Assembly: GCA_963772835.1 (NCBI GenBank) | Contig: CAVYYZ010000003.1 | Coordinates: 64,001 to 128,000, forward strand | Direction of reading: 5' to 3' | Length of the DNA stretch: 64,000 nt | DNA from: an uncultured delta proteobacterium | GTDB lineage: Bacteria > Desulfobacterota > Desulfuromonadia > Geobacterales > Pseudopelobacteraceae | Part shown: positions 51,663 through 61,872 of the stretch, in pieces | Layout: each line of letters starts with the position of its first letter | Numbering within the stretch: the first letter of the stretch is position 1 | Notes under the pieces: generated by a model | The model's input: only the letters and a program-made list of their open reading frames with translations | Told to the model about the DNA's origin: nothing | The model's database searches: none | Made by a program: the position numbers and the translations under genes

Positions 51663-51869
51663 TTATCCGCCAAGATATTTGGTTAACTCCTCTGCAAGAG
51701 TTGTTGGATGCATGAAACGGGCAGGTATTTTGTCATCACCGAGAAAATCCTTTGACCATGCCTGCCGCTTTGTCCAGGCCATTAATTTTTCCCAGCCGGC
51801 CCAGGTCGAAAAATCAACCCCTTGAATGTTAGTTATCTGCTCCAGGAAAGTTTGTTCATATCCCGCCAT
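51663..51869 (-). CDS. Small hypothetical protein (68 aa)
   Basis: GGAG RBS before MAGYEQ; protein-like Trp-rich sequence. Confidence 0.65.
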   Translation of the reverse strand: MAGYEQTFLEQITNIQGVDFSTWAGWEKLMAWTKRQAWSKDFLGDDKIPARFMHPTTLAEELTKYLGG

Positions 51870-52063
51870 AATTTCTCCATTAGTCGAAAGCCGGCCAGCA
51901 GTGTGAATGTTTTGTAATGCTAGCATCTAAGAGAAAAAAATACAATAAAAGTGTCTTGTCTGATTGCCCGTCCCGATATCGGTTTAAATTCTAACTATTA
52001 TAGATGAATATACCCTCGAGGTCTGTTGCCGCCTAAACTTTTCGAGCATTCTGGTGTGAGATG

Positions 52064-53167
52064 TCATCCTCGTTGATATTCCGATAAAAATTTTGCTTTA
52101 TACTCGGTAAACCGCCCCTCACCAATTGCATGACGGATTTCTGACATCATTGCCATATAAAAATGGACATTGTGAATAGCCGACAGAACAGCCGAGAGTA
52201 CTTCGTTGGACACAAAAAGATGATGAAGATAGGCTCTGCTGAAATTTTGACAGGTATAACAACTGCAGCTTGGATCGATGGGAAAAAAGTCACGTTTATA
52301 GTTTTTATTGGTCAAACGGATTCTACCGCGACGGGTAAAAAGAGTGGCGCTTCTGGCGTATCGGGTCGGAATGACGCAGTCAAACATATCGATGCCGCGC
52401 TCGACGCTTTCAAGAATGTCCTCAGGCAGACCGACGCCCATCAGATATCGGGGTTTGTCTTCAGGCAGGTGCGGTGTGGTAAATCCGACAATTTTTTTTA
52501 AGAGCTCAAGCCCTTCGCCGACGCTGACACCTCCAATGGCATAGCCCGGGAGATCAAGCTTACGCATTTCTTTCGCACACATTTCCCGCAAATCTTCATA
52601 CACACTGCCTTGAACGATGCCGAACAGCGCCTGACCGTTGTCAGACATTGCGTTCTGGCACTCTTTCAACCAGCGTATGGTTTTTCTGGTTGATTTTTCG
52701 GCGTAGGATCTGTCGCAGGGGTAGGGGATGCATTCGTCAAAAGCCATGATGATATCGGCTCCAAGATCCTGCTGTATGCGGGTCGCGATAGCAGGATCAA
52801 GATATATTTCTGTCCCGGTGATTTCATGTTTGAAGAAGACGCCATCTTCGGTGATACGTTTGTTGGGAAGGGAAAAAACCTGAAACCCTCCGGAATCTGT
52901 CAGGATTGGTTTGTCCCACGCCATGAATTTGTGCAGGCCGCCGGCTTTTTTTACTAGCCCCTCTCCCGGTTGTAGATGCAGATGATAGGTATTTGAAAGG
53001 ATGATTTGGGAACCGGTCTCCTTAATTTGTGCGGGAGTAAGCGGTTTCATGGCTCCGTGGGTTGCAACCGGCATGAAAATCGGAGTTTGAATGTCGCCGT
53101 GCGCAGTACTTACTATTCCGAGGCGGGCTGAACATTGTGGGTCTTTTTTAAGAAGAGTGAATTTCAT
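52064..53167 (-). CDS. tgt: tRNA-guanine(34) transglycosylase
   Basis: TPIFMPV, NTYHL, TDSGGFQ, DEC, GIVQG, PRYLMGVG, DCVIPTR, CxCxxC..H zinc site; start at ATG 53167. Confidence 0.95.
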   Translation of the reverse strand: MKFTLLKKDPQCSARLGIVSTAHGDIQTPIFMPVATHGAMKPLTPAQIKETGSQIILSNTYHLHLQPGEGLVKKAGGLHKFMAWDKPILTDSGGFQVFSLPNKRITEDGVFFKHEITGTEIYLDPAIATRIQQDLGADIIMAFDECIPYPCDRSYAEKSTRKTIRWLKECQNAMSDNGQALFGIVQGSVYEDLREMCAKEMRKLDLPGYAIGGVSVGEGLELLKKIVGFTTPHLPEDKPRYLMGVGLPEDILESVERGIDMFDCVIPTRYARSATLFTRRGRIRLTNKNYKRDFFPIDPSCSCYTCQNFSRAYLHHLFVSNEVLSAVLSAIHNVHFYMAMMSEIRHAIGEGRFTEYKAKFLSEYQRG

Positions 53168-53294
53168 GAAATCTCCAAAACTCGGGTCCATGCAATCTGG
53201 CAGGAGTTTATTCTCTGTCATCTACTATCAGAAAGGGATGAATAATGCAATTTGTGAGTGATTGATAACGGCTGGTACCGTATAATTTGCGATC

Positions 53295-53302
53295 TGTATA
53301 CA
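53295..53302. promoter_or_regulatory. TGTATACA palindrome upstream of sdh/frdCAB
   Basis: Same 8-mer as in the acnB promoter. Confidence 0.5.
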
Positions 53303-53426
53303 CAAAATGGTTGCAATTTTTCATAACGATGTTTAGTATCACCGCGGTTGAAACAAATGGTTCTGATATCAGTGCGCCAACAACTTTGAACGACGCATCA
53401 AGATAAACTCCCAAGGAGGTTTACTA

Positions 53427-53474
53427 ATGAAAGTTGTCTCCAGATTTTGTTGGCGTGGTCCCCCCGATTTCTAA
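53427..53474 (+). CDS. Putative 15-aa leader peptide MKVVSRFCWRGPPDF
   Basis: AAGGAGGT at 53413-53420, 6 nt before ATG; RGPP motif; ends 81 nt before sdhC. Confidence 0.5.
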   Translation: MKVVSRFCWRGPPDF

Positions 53475-53555
53475 TAAAACACTCTTCAAGATAACCTGTC
53501 GTGCCAAAGAACATTCACTTTGTGAAGAAATTACTATCAAAAAGGAAGGAATGCC

Positions 53556-54245
53556 ATGCAACTCACCTCGTCATCCATCGGCAGAAAGATCCTGATGGCG
53601 ATCACAGGCCAGGCTATGGTTCTGTTCGCTGTCGTACATCTGCTCGGTAACAGCTCCATCTTCGGGTGGCTCAACGGTGGTATCAACGCCTATGCCGAAC
53701 ATCTCCACAGTATGCCACTGCCGATAATCATCGGTTTCCGTTTGGCACTGCTGGCCATGGTCTGTGTTCACATCTGGTTTGGTATCCAGTTGACCATTGA
53801 AAACCGTGGCGGTCGCCCACAACAGTACGCGGTCAAGTCAACTCAGAAGGCAACCTTTGCCAGCGAAAATATGATCTGGACCGGAGCTCTTCTGGCACTT
53901 TTCCTGGCATATCACCTGGCGCACTTCACGTTCCAGGTTATAAATCCTGAAACTGCCGCCTTGAAGAATCTTGTGCCGTTGCACAATGAGATGGTACCCA
54001 ATGTCTTGGGAATGGTTGTTGCCGGCTTCAAAAATGTCTTTGTGTCATTCATTTATGCCGGCGCGATGGTTGCCCTGTTTCTGCACCTTTCACACGGCAT
54101 CCAGAGTTTTTTCCAGACCATGGGCTGGAGTTGTGACAAGAGTCAGCCGCTTCTTATTAAATTCGGCACTCTGGTCGCTCTCGGTCTTTTCCTGGGCTAT
54201 GTTACTATCCCGCTGACAATTTTTGCCGGCATTTTGAAAGGTTAA
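53556..54245 (+). CDS. sdhC: Succinate dehydrogenase/fumarate reductase cytochrome b subunit
   Basis: [28 protein letters not shown]; five TM segments. Confidence 0.95.
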   Translation: MQLTSSSIGRKILMAITGQAMVLFAVVHLLGNSSIFGWLNGGINAYAEHLHSMPLPIIIGFRLALLAMVCVHIWFGIQLTIENRGGRPQQYAVKSTQKATFASENMIWTGALLALFLAYHLAHFTFQVINPETAALKNLVPLHNEMVPNVLGMVVAGFKNVFVSFIYAGAMVALFLHLSHGIQSFFQTMGWSCDKSQPLLIKFGTLVALGLFLGYVTIPLTIFAGILKG

Positions 54246-54255
54246 GGGGGTTATT

Positions 54256-56169
54256 GTGATACTTGATGGAAAATGTCCAACCGGACCTATTGAACAAACC
54301 TGGGACAAGCACCGCTTCGACCTGAAGCTGGTCAATCCCGCAAATAAACGTAAGTATAATGTGATTGTTGTCGGCACCGGCCTGGCCGGGGGCGCTGCTG
54401 CTGCTTCTCTTGGAGAGCTTGGTTACAACGTACAGGCATTCTGCTATCAGGACAGTCCTCGCCGAGCTCACTCCATCGCTGCTCAGGGCGGCATCAATGC
54501 TGCCAAAAATTATCCGAACGACGGTGATTCCATCTATCGCCTGTTCTACGACACTATCAAAGGGGGCGACTTCCGTGCCCGTGAGGCAGACGTCTGGCGT
54601 CTTGCGCAGGTGTCCAACAATATTATCGATCAGTGCGTGGCACAGGGCGTTCCTTTTGCTCGCGACTATGCAGGCTACCTTGATAACCGCTCTTTCGGCG
54701 GTGCCCAGGTTTCCCGTACGTTCTTCGCACGTGGTCAGACAGGACAGCAGCTTCTGCTGGGCGCGTACTCCGCTCTTTCCCGTCAGATCAAGGCCGGTAC
54801 GGTAAAAATGTACGACCGTCGCGAAATGCTCGACCTGGTTGTTGTTGATGGTGTCGCCCGCGGCATCACGGTGCGCAACCTGGTGACCGGCGCAATGGAA
54901 AGCTATGCGGCTGATGCTGTATGTCTGGCTACCGGCGGGTACGTCAATGTATTTTATCTCTCCACGAATGCCATGGGCTGCTCGGTTACTGCAAACTGGA
55001 AGGCCCACAAAAAGGGGGCTTACTTCGCCAACCCCTGCTACACACAGATTCATCCGACCTGCATACCTCAGGCCGGTGACTACCAGTCCAAACTGACTCT
55101 GATGTCCGAATCGCTCAGAAACGATGGACGGGTATGGGTTCCAAAAAAGAAAGAAGATTGCGGCAAACATCCGAATGAGATCGCTGAAGACGACCGTGAT
55201 TACTACCTCGAGCGCAAATACCCCTCCTACGGCAACCTGGCACCGCGCGATATCGCTTCACGTGCGGCAAAAGAGCAATGCGATGATGGTCGTGGCGTTG
55301 GTCCTGGCGGTCGCGGAGTATATCTTGATTTTGCCGATTCGATTAAACGTCTCGGGGAAGATACCATTCGTGAACGTTACGGCAACCTGTTCGAAATGTA
55401 TGAGAAGATTACCGACGAGAACGGCTACAAACGTCCGATGCGCATGTATCCTGCACCGCACTACTCAATGGGCGGTCTCTGGGTGGATTACAACCTGATG
55501 AGCAATATTCCCGGCCTGTTCGTGCTTGGTGAGGCAAACTTTTCGGTACACGGCGCTAACCGTCTGGGTGCTTCGGCTCTCATGCAGGGATTGGCCGACG
55601 GCTACTTCGTTATCCCCTACACGATCGGCGGCTATCTGGCCACTGTTAAGCCTGGTCAGGTCAAAACAGACCATGCTGAATTCAAAAAGTCCTCCGATGA
55701 TGTTACAGCGGAGCAGAACAAGTTCCTCTCCATCAACGGTAAAAAGACCGTCTTTGAGTTCATGCGCGAAGTCGGCGGCCTGATGTGGGAAAACTGTGGT
55801 ATGGCCCGCACCAAGGAATCTCTTGAAACAAACCTCAAGAAGATTCCTGCACTGCGCGAAGAATTCTGGAAAAATGTTAAAGTTACCGGAAGTGGTGCAG
55901 AACTCAACCAGCAGTTGGAAAATGCCGGCCGGACTGCCGACTTCCTGGAGTTCAGCGAACTGCTTTGTCGTGACGCACTGCATCGTAACGAGTCCTGTGG
56001 CGGGCATTTCCGTTCAGAATATCAGGATGCGGGCGAGGCACAGCGTGATGATGTTAACTTCTGCTACGTTGGCGCCTGGGAGTACAAGGGGGCCGGCAAG
56101 GAACCGGAGCTGCATAAAGAACCGTTGAAATTTGACAATGTACATCTCGCCGTAAGGAGTTACAAATAA
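54256..56169 (+). CDS. sdhA: Succinate dehydrogenase/fumarate reductase flavoprotein subunit
   Basis: [42 protein letters not shown]. Confidence 0.97.
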   Translation: MILDGKCPTGPIEQTWDKHRFDLKLVNPANKRKYNVIVVGTGLAGGAAAASLGELGYNVQAFCYQDSPRRAHSIAAQGGINAAKNYPNDGDSIYRLFYDTIKGGDFRAREADVWRLAQVSNNIIDQCVAQGVPFARDYAGYLDNRSFGGAQVSRTFFARGQTGQQLLLGAYSALSRQIKAGTVKMYDRREMLDLVVVDGVARGITVRNLVTGAMESYAADAVCLATGGYVNVFYLSTNAMGCSVTANWKAHKKGAYFANPCYTQIHPTCIPQAGDYQSKLTLMSESLRNDGRVWVPKKKEDCGKHPNEIAEDDRDYYLERKYPSYGNLAPRDIASRAAKEQCDDGRGVGPGGRGVYLDFADSIKRLGEDTIRERYGNLFEMYEKITDENGYKRPMRMYPAPHYSMGGLWVDYNLMSNIPGLFVLGEANFSVHGANRLGASALMQGLADGYFVIPYTIGGYLATVKPGQVKTDHAEFKKSSDDVTAEQNKFLSINGKKTVFEFMREVGGLMWENCGMARTKESLETNLKKIPALREEFWKNVKVTGSGAELNQQLENAGRTADFLEFSELLCRDALHRNESCGGHFRSEYQDAGEAQRDDVNFCYVGAWEYKGAGKEPELHKEPLKFDNVHLAVRSYK

Positions 56170-56927
56170 TGAGCGATCACAAGACCATGACATTGACACT
56201 GATCGTGTGGCGCCAGAAAAAAGCCAACGATCCCGGAAAATTCGAGACATATACAGCAAAAAATATCACTGAACACCACTCCTTCCTGGAGATGCTTGAC
56301 TGCGTCAACGAAGATCTGATCCACACCGGTAAAGATCCTATCGTTTTCGATCACGACTGTCGTGAAGGCATCTGTGGTATGTGTTCACAGGTGATCAACG
56401 GAGCACCGCATGGAGGGCAGGATCGCACGACCGTCTGCCAGCTGCATATGCGTAAGTTCAAAGATGGTGATACAATTTATATCGAGCCGTGGAGAGCCCG
56501 TGCATTCCCGATCATTCGTGACCTGATCGTAGACCGTTCAGCTCTCGACAAGATCATCCAGGCTGGCGGATACACCTCATGCCATACCGGCGGTGTAGCT
56601 GACGGCAACGCAATTCTGATTCCTAAGCCGGTTGCTGATGAGGCAATGGATGCCGCAGAATGTGTCGGTTGCGGCGCCTGTGTTGCCGGCTGCCCCAACG
56701 GGGCGGCCATGCTGTTCACCGGAGCCAAAATATCCCAGTTGGCCCTGCTGCCGCAGGGTAAGGGTGAAGCGGCTGCGCGTGTCAAGAACATGTCAGAGGC
56801 CATGACGGAATGCGGATTTGGTAACTGCACCAACCATTATGAGTGTATGGCCGCTTGTCCGAAGGGAATAAACGTCAAGTTCATTGCCAGAATGAACCGG
56901 GAATTTATTAAATCATTGGTCGCCTGA
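56169..56927 (+). CDS. sdhB: Succinate dehydrogenase/fumarate reductase iron-sulfur subunit
   Basis: [33 protein letters not shown]. Confidence 0.97.
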   Translation: MSDHKTMTLTLIVWRQKKANDPGKFETYTAKNITEHHSFLEMLDCVNEDLIHTGKDPIVFDHDCREGICGMCSQVINGAPHGGQDRTTVCQLHMRKFKDGDTIYIEPWRARAFPIIRDLIVDRSALDKIIQAGGYTSCHTGGVADGNAILIPKPVADEAMDAAECVGCGACVAGCPNGAAMLFTGAKISQLALLPQGKGEAAARVKNMSEAMTECGFGNCTNHYECMAACPKGINVKFIARMNREFIKSLVA

Positions 56928-56954
56928 TTTTCACTACGTACCAGTATTACCTGT

Positions 56955-56987
56955 CGGGGCGGCCTTTATGGCTGCCCCGCTTTTTTT
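56955..56987 (+). terminator. Rho-independent terminator
   Basis: cggggcggcc-tttat-ggctgccccg followed by a T run. Confidence 0.8.
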
Positions 56988-57001
56988 GGAGTTGAAATCC
57001 T

Positions 57002-57910
57002 GTGGGATTAGACTTTATACGCATTGAATGTGATATTACTGCAGGCACTCCTGCTCCATTAACTTCTGCACTTTACAATTCGCTGAGAAGTTTTGAAGCT
57101 GCGTTCAGGGAGCTCTGCTGCCCGGATCTGCAGAAGCCCTGTGCCAACTGCCCTCTGAAGGGCGAGTGCTCTTACCGGGCTGTTTTTAATAAAACGCTGT
57201 CGTCAGACCCTGAAGTTGTACGGTTACATCAAAAACCTTCTTTGCCTTTTTCTTTATATATAAGCGGGATAGAAGACAATGTATCAACATGTACTATAGG
57301 TCTGACCGTTATTGGGCATGCAATTAATTATATTGGATTGTTTCATGACGCGTTGTTAGGTATTGTTGAGGCAGGTGTGTCTACTGTTCTGCCACCATCT
57401 GAATTTTCACTGCGTTCATTTACTCTCGATTATCAAAACGTCAGGTACGAAATTATACATGCCGGATCACTTTCAGAGAGTTTAATTCTCCTTTCTGGAC
57501 AGCATATCCTTCAGAATACAGTGCATTCTGATCATGCCGGATTGATATTTACATCGCCATTACGTCTGTTGCGTAACGGATCAATTACTCATCAATTTGA
57601 CTTTGGCATTTTTTTCCGCAGTCAATTACGACGTTGTTCTTCATTATTTGCTTATTATGGTACCAATGACCTGGATCTTGATTATTTACATCTGTCGGAA
57701 TCGGCCCAAAACGTTGCTGTTTTTGATGACAAAATAAACTATACTCAGCCGAAATGGTCTAAGAGTCAGAGCCGGGCTGGCTTGTCCGGTTCAGTTGGAT
57801 GTACCGGCCTGGTCGAACCGATGCTTTCTTTGTTGATTCTCGGCAGTTATTTTAACGCCGGCAAGGGATCAGCATATGGGTCAGGCGTTCATAAAATCGA
57901 GGTAATATAA
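57002..57910 (+). CDS. cas6: Orphan Cas6-family (RAMP) endoribonuclease homolog
   Basis: C..CxxCxLxxxCxY..F Cys cluster, LPF, F.SPLRL, LRR and C-terminal G-loop GKGSAYGSG. Confidence 0.75.
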   Translation: MGLDFIRIECDITAGTPAPLTSALYNSLRSFEAAFRELCCPDLQKPCANCPLKGECSYRAVFNKTLSSDPEVVRLHQKPSLPFSLYISGIEDNVSTCTIGLTVIGHAINYIGLFHDALLGIVEAGVSTVLPPSEFSLRSFTLDYQNVRYEIIHAGSLSESLILLSGQHILQNTVHSDHAGLIFTSPLRLLRNGSITHQFDFGIFFRSQLRRCSSLFAYYGTNDLDLDYLHLSESAQNVAVFDDKINYTQPKWSKSQSRAGLSGSVGCTGLVEPMLSLLILGSYFNAGKGSAYGSGVHKIEVI

Positions 57911-57912
57911 CG

Positions 57913-58641
57913 ATGGTGGATGGAATTGCTTTACGAATAACTCAGTGTATAAAACCGATTTTTGGAGTGCTTTTGCTGTTGTCACTGGCCACTTTTATGT
58001 TCGGATGTCAGTCGCTGCGCCAACCTGTCGAGATATTGTTTACAAGCGGTGCGGTTGTTGAAGGATTTTCCAGCAATGCTTCATTTTCTTATGTTACATT
58101 TGATCGGAGCATCTCCGGAAGCGGTGTTCTCATGTATCGAAAACCGGATATGATTCGGGCGGTCATTCTTTCACCGTTCGGCTCTGTACTTCAAGAGGTC
58201 TATCTTTCCGGCGATCAGGTTGCGATTATTGATGAAGGTAATGGAACAGCTTTCAGAGGCAGTTACCTTGATCTGCCTGATAAAGGCCATTTAAGCGGAT
58301 GGCGTTATGTGCAATGGCTTGTTGACATTGATCCACCCCAATCCTCACGTCTAACTGCTGTAGTCGAGAGAACCAACAGGTTCGGTCTTCAGGAAAAAGC
58401 CTCCTTTGAAAACGGTTTGTTACTGTCAAAGACAACTGCAGAAGGCGGTCATGTCAGATACAGCAGATACACCAATGTGAAAGGCGCCGCTTTTCCACTG
58501 GATATTATCTACGAAACCAATGCTAAAGAAACATTCACCATAAAATTTGAAGACCCGGAAATAAATGTTCCTTTTGCTGAAGGTGCTTTTACTCCAAAAC
58601 TTGGTAAGTTTCGTGTTTATCCAATATCGGGCCTGAAGTGA
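57913..58641 (+). CDS. Lipoprotein, LolB/LolA-like fold (DUF4292-like)
   Basis: Lipobox MFGC; KPDMIR...SPFG, Y..Y..V.G..FP..I, ends F.P. Confidence 0.65.
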   Translation: MVDGIALRITQCIKPIFGVLLLLSLATFMFGCQSLRQPVEILFTSGAVVEGFSSNASFSYVTFDRSISGSGVLMYRKPDMIRAVILSPFGSVLQEVYLSGDQVAIIDEGNGTAFRGSYLDLPDKGHLSGWRYVQWLVDIDPPQSSRLTAVVERTNRFGLQEKASFENGLLLSKTTAEGGHVRYSRYTNVKGAAFPLDIIYETNAKETFTIKFEDPEINVPFAEGAFTPKLGKFRVYPISGLK

Positions 58642-58732
58642 TTCCATATCAAAGGTCCGATTGGGAAACAAACGATAAAAGTATGAATAAATACGATGCT
58701 CCCGAAAATAAATTTCACTCCGAAAGGTATTT

Positions 58733-59926
58733 ATGAAGGTAATTATTCTGCTCGGCGATGGTATGTCGGACATCGTCTACAGTGAACTAGATAATAAAAC
58801 CCCCCTGCAGTACGCAGCAACTCCCAATATGGATTTTATGGCACAGCATGGACAGGTTGGCCTTGCACACACGGTTCCCGTCGGTCTCCCCCCCGGTAGC
58901 GACGTGGCAAATCTGTCCGTATTTGGATATGATCCCCGCACCTGCTATACAGGACGATCACCGCTTGAAGCGATCAGCATGGGTGTAGTCCTTGGGCCCG
59001 ATGATGTCGCATTCCGTATGAATCTGGTAACGCTCAAACCCCAGGGGAGTTCGATCTACATGCAGGACTTTTCTGCCGGGCATATCTCCACCGCTGAAGC
59101 CCGTGAGTTGGTAGAAACGCTTCAGAAGGAACTTGGCAGCAAAGAGTTTGAATTCTTCGCCGGTGTCGGCTACCGGCATCTTATGGTCTGGCGCGGCGGC
59201 AAAGACGGTATGCGTTCCACTCCTCCTCACGACATTACCGGAAAGGCGATTCTCGATAACCTCCCACGCGGGGATGGTGCGGAGGTGCTTACCGGTATTA
59301 TGAATCACTCCCAGATGGTTCTTCATAATCATCCTGTAAATATCAGGCGCAAGGAGCAGGGTGATTTGCCGGGCAACTCCGTCTGGCTCTGGGGGCATGG
59401 GAAGTCTCCCCGTATAGAGTCGTACCGGGAAAAATTCGGACTGACCGGAGCGGTTATTTCAGCGGTTGATCTGATTAAGGGCATCGGTATCTGTGCAGGT
59501 CTGGATAACATCGCTGTCGCAGGAGCCACCGGTTATATTGACACCAATTATCTCGGCAAGGGTCAGGCTGCTTTGGCTGCTCTGGAACAGCATGATTTCG
59601 TATATGTTCATGTGGAAGCGCCGGACGAGGCGTCACATGCCGGAAATATGCAGCACAAACTCCAGGCGATTGAGGACTTTGACCGTCAGGTTGTCGGAAC
59701 AGTTCTGGAGGGAATAAAAAAATATGACAACTATGCCATTCTCTGTATGCCTGATCATCCGACACCGGTCCGGTTGATGACCCATACATCGGAGCCGGTT
59801 CCGTTTGTCATTTATCGTGGCGGAGCCGGGGAGGGTAACGGTGCCGCTTCGTATGATGAGATTCAGGCCAAAGGTACCGGATTGATGGTGGAGGGTCACG
59901 ACCTGATGGGTACGCTGCTGTCGTGA
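58733..59926 (+). CDS. apgM: Cofactor-independent phosphoglycerate mutase (ApgM type)
   Basis: GDGMSD, TPNMD, PGSDVANL, HVEAPDEASH, PDHPTP..THT. Confidence 0.92.
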   Translation: MKVIILLGDGMSDIVYSELDNKTPLQYAATPNMDFMAQHGQVGLAHTVPVGLPPGSDVANLSVFGYDPRTCYTGRSPLEAISMGVVLGPDDVAFRMNLVTLKPQGSSIYMQDFSAGHISTAEARELVETLQKELGSKEFEFFAGVGYRHLMVWRGGKDGMRSTPPHDITGKAILDNLPRGDGAEVLTGIMNHSQMVLHNHPVNIRRKEQGDLPGNSVWLWGHGKSPRIESYREKFGLTGAVISAVDLIKGIGICAGLDNIAVAGATGYIDTNYLGKGQAALAALEQHDFVYVHVEAPDEASHAGNMQHKLQAIEDFDRQVVGTVLEGIKKYDNYAILCMPDHPTPVRLMTHTSEPVPFVIYRGGAGEGNGAASYDEIQAKGTGLMVEGHDLMGTLLS

Positions 59927-59942
59927 AATAGTTCATACGTGA

Positions 59943-59984
59943 AACGTGAAGGGCATCCCTGATAATCGGGATGCCCTTCACGTT
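59943..59984. terminator. Bidirectional hairpin between convergent genes
   Basis: aacgtgaagggcatccc...gggatgcccttcacgtt, preceded by cgtgaaa heptamer copies. Confidence 0.7.
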
Positions 59985-59985
59985 A

Positions 59986-61626
59986 TTATTTACTTCTATA
60001 TTCTCTGTTATCTTTATCCTTCTGATCTTTTACGCTTCCTTGTTCAGTCGGTTTAACCCTCCAGACTTTTTTCTGTTTATTGACTCCCTGTCCAAAGGAT
60101 TCTCCCTGGCGTGGGGGACTCGCTGACGGTGCATGTTTCTCAGCCTGACCTGGATGAGGCTGTTGATCTCTGCGCACAGGTGGATTCACGGCCGGCTGAG
60201 GCTGATTCATGCGAAACCGGCCATCATCGCCCTGTCGTGGCAGAGATGGTTCTGCGGGGCGGTTTTCGACAGACAGCGGTGGCCTCGACGGAGGCTGAGT
60301 ACGCGGTTGCTTTTCAGTAATCGGAGTCACTCTTGGAAACCGGACCCGCAATTCCCGATTATCGTGAAACGGCATTGCCGGTGGTGCTACTCTTGGCGGT
60401 GTCTGCTTGATAATTGGAATACGTGTTTCCCGCAACGGATGAATACGGGGGCTTCCGAGTGAAACAGATGCTGAAATCGCTCCCGTACGTGAAGGTTTTT
60501 GATAGATTACCGCACCTCTCAAAAAATCATTCTGAAGAAGGACGCTTAAGCCACCTCGCGCATCCCGGTTTCTGTATGCAACGTTTGCTGTGCTAACGCT
60601 ACTGTCGGTGATGGTGACACTATGCTGGCCGTAATGCCTGCGTCCATAGTATGTTTCACCGGGTGCCAAAGGGGTCCAGCCGACATGGTTTCCCGTACGG
60701 TACCACCCGACATAGCCGGGCCCCCAGTAGATATCTCCCCGTGCTGGCGGCACCCAGCACCATCCAAAACCGCTGACAACAGCCCAGCGACCATAGTGGT
60801 ACGGTACCCATCCCCAGAATTCATATGATATCCAGACATAATCATTACCTTTCCAGATCCAGCGGCCGCTCCGGTACGGGGCCCAGTCATCCGGCAGGGC
60901 AACAGTCGGTCGCCAGACCGTACCATAATCCGGAACGCGTATAAATCTGCCGTATGATTCGAGCTCCCCGGAATATACCTGTAACTCATCCGGCAGATTC
61001 GATTCTGCTGTGGCAATGCGTGATTGGCTGTGATCCTGTTCGCTGTTCCACTTTTCCCAGTTATCAGGGGGATTGAGCGGCAGCAGTTCACTGTGACCTT
61101 CCTCAAGCGCGATATGTTCTCCTGCACGAACCTTCGTCCGTTCTCCGTTACCTTCCACGTATGCTGCACCTTTAAATATCGATACGTCTTCCTGATTGTT
61201 AGCCAGCATGTCAATGCGGAGTCGCGTACGCGCGTCCGGTAAAACAGTCGTGTCATCAGCATCAATTTGAAGAGAGTCTTTTCCCGCCTTCGGCGATGTT
61301 CTGAGATACAGTCTGCCGCTGGCCAGGTGAAGGTGAGTAAAACCATCTTCAACCGCAATCAGGTCCAGCTGTGATCCTTCATCAATTCTGACTACGGTGC
61401 CGTCGGAAAGTTGAATTTCGGTTCTGGCCCCGGCAGGTATCCAAAGGGTGTCACCTTCATCAAGCGGTGTGTTAACCGCTACCGGCAGCCATTCTCCGGA
61501 ATCAGGTACGCGAAACATGACGTCTCCCTCAACCATATGAACTCTGGCGGGACCAATGGCACCGGCCAGAGATGTCACGGGAACTGACAAAACTATCGTC
61601 AGAAAAAGAAATAATATTCGATTCAT
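59986..61626 (-). CDS. Exported FecR-domain + DUF6600 protein with Pro-rich tail
   Basis: Signal peptide from MNRILFL (AAGGAGA RBS); FecR-like N-domain; WAPYRSGRW, WGWVPYHYGRW, GWTPLAP. Confidence 0.85.
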   Translation of the reverse strand: MNRILFLFLTIVLSVPVTSLAGAIGPARVHMVEGDVMFRVPDSGEWLPVAVNTPLDEGDTLWIPAGARTEIQLSDGTVVRIDEGSQLDLIAVEDGFTHLHLASGRLYLRTSPKAGKDSLQIDADDTTVLPDARTRLRIDMLANNQEDVSIFKGAAYVEGNGERTKVRAGEHIALEEGHSELLPLNPPDNWEKWNSEQDHSQSRIATAESNLPDELQVYSGELESYGRFIRVPDYGTVWRPTVALPDDWAPYRSGRWIWKGNDYVWISYEFWGWVPYHYGRWAVVSGFGWCWVPPARGDIYWGPGYVGWYRTGNHVGWTPLAPGETYYGRRHYGQHSVTITDSSVSTANVAYRNRDARGGLSVLLQNDFLRGAVIYQKPSRTGAISASVSLGSPRIHPLRETRIPIIKQTPPRVAPPAMPFHDNRELRVRFPRVTPITEKQPRTQPPSRPPLSVENRPAEPSLPRQGDDGRFRMNQPQPAVNPPVRRDQQPHPGQAEKHAPSASPPRQGESFGQGVNKQKKVWRVKPTEQGSVKDQKDKDNREYRSK

Positions 61627-61683
61627 ACAATTCTCCTTGCCTGAATTCAGGTGCAGTTCGATTTGTCTTGCTAACCGGTAAAA

Positions 61684-61699
61684 CGCAAAGAGCGTGCCG
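61684..61699 (-). promoter_or_regulatory. Sigma-54 (-24/-12) promoter
   Basis: cGGCACGctctTTGCg, exact GG-N10-GC spacing, about 58 nt upstream of ATG 61626. Confidence 0.65.
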
Positions 61700-61872
61700 T
61701 GCCGATAACTGTACGAAATTACCGGATCAGGTGACACTTCCATCAAAATAATAACGCATTTGAGGTAGGAAATGTGTCATTTGAAGTTATTGATACCGAT
61801 CACAGTCATACTCCACTACATCATACTCCACTAGAGCTTGACTCCTACCGAGAATATTACCATAATGATGCC

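Noticed and set aside
56928..58732. CRISPR array near the cas6-like gene
   Set aside because: Flanking intergenic spaces are short and I saw no regularly spaced 25-40 bp direct repeats here or elsewhere in the window
61774..61872. N-terminal extension of mltG in the ORF track
   Set aside because: Translates an intergenic tandem repeat; downstream ATG 61873 precedes the TM anchor
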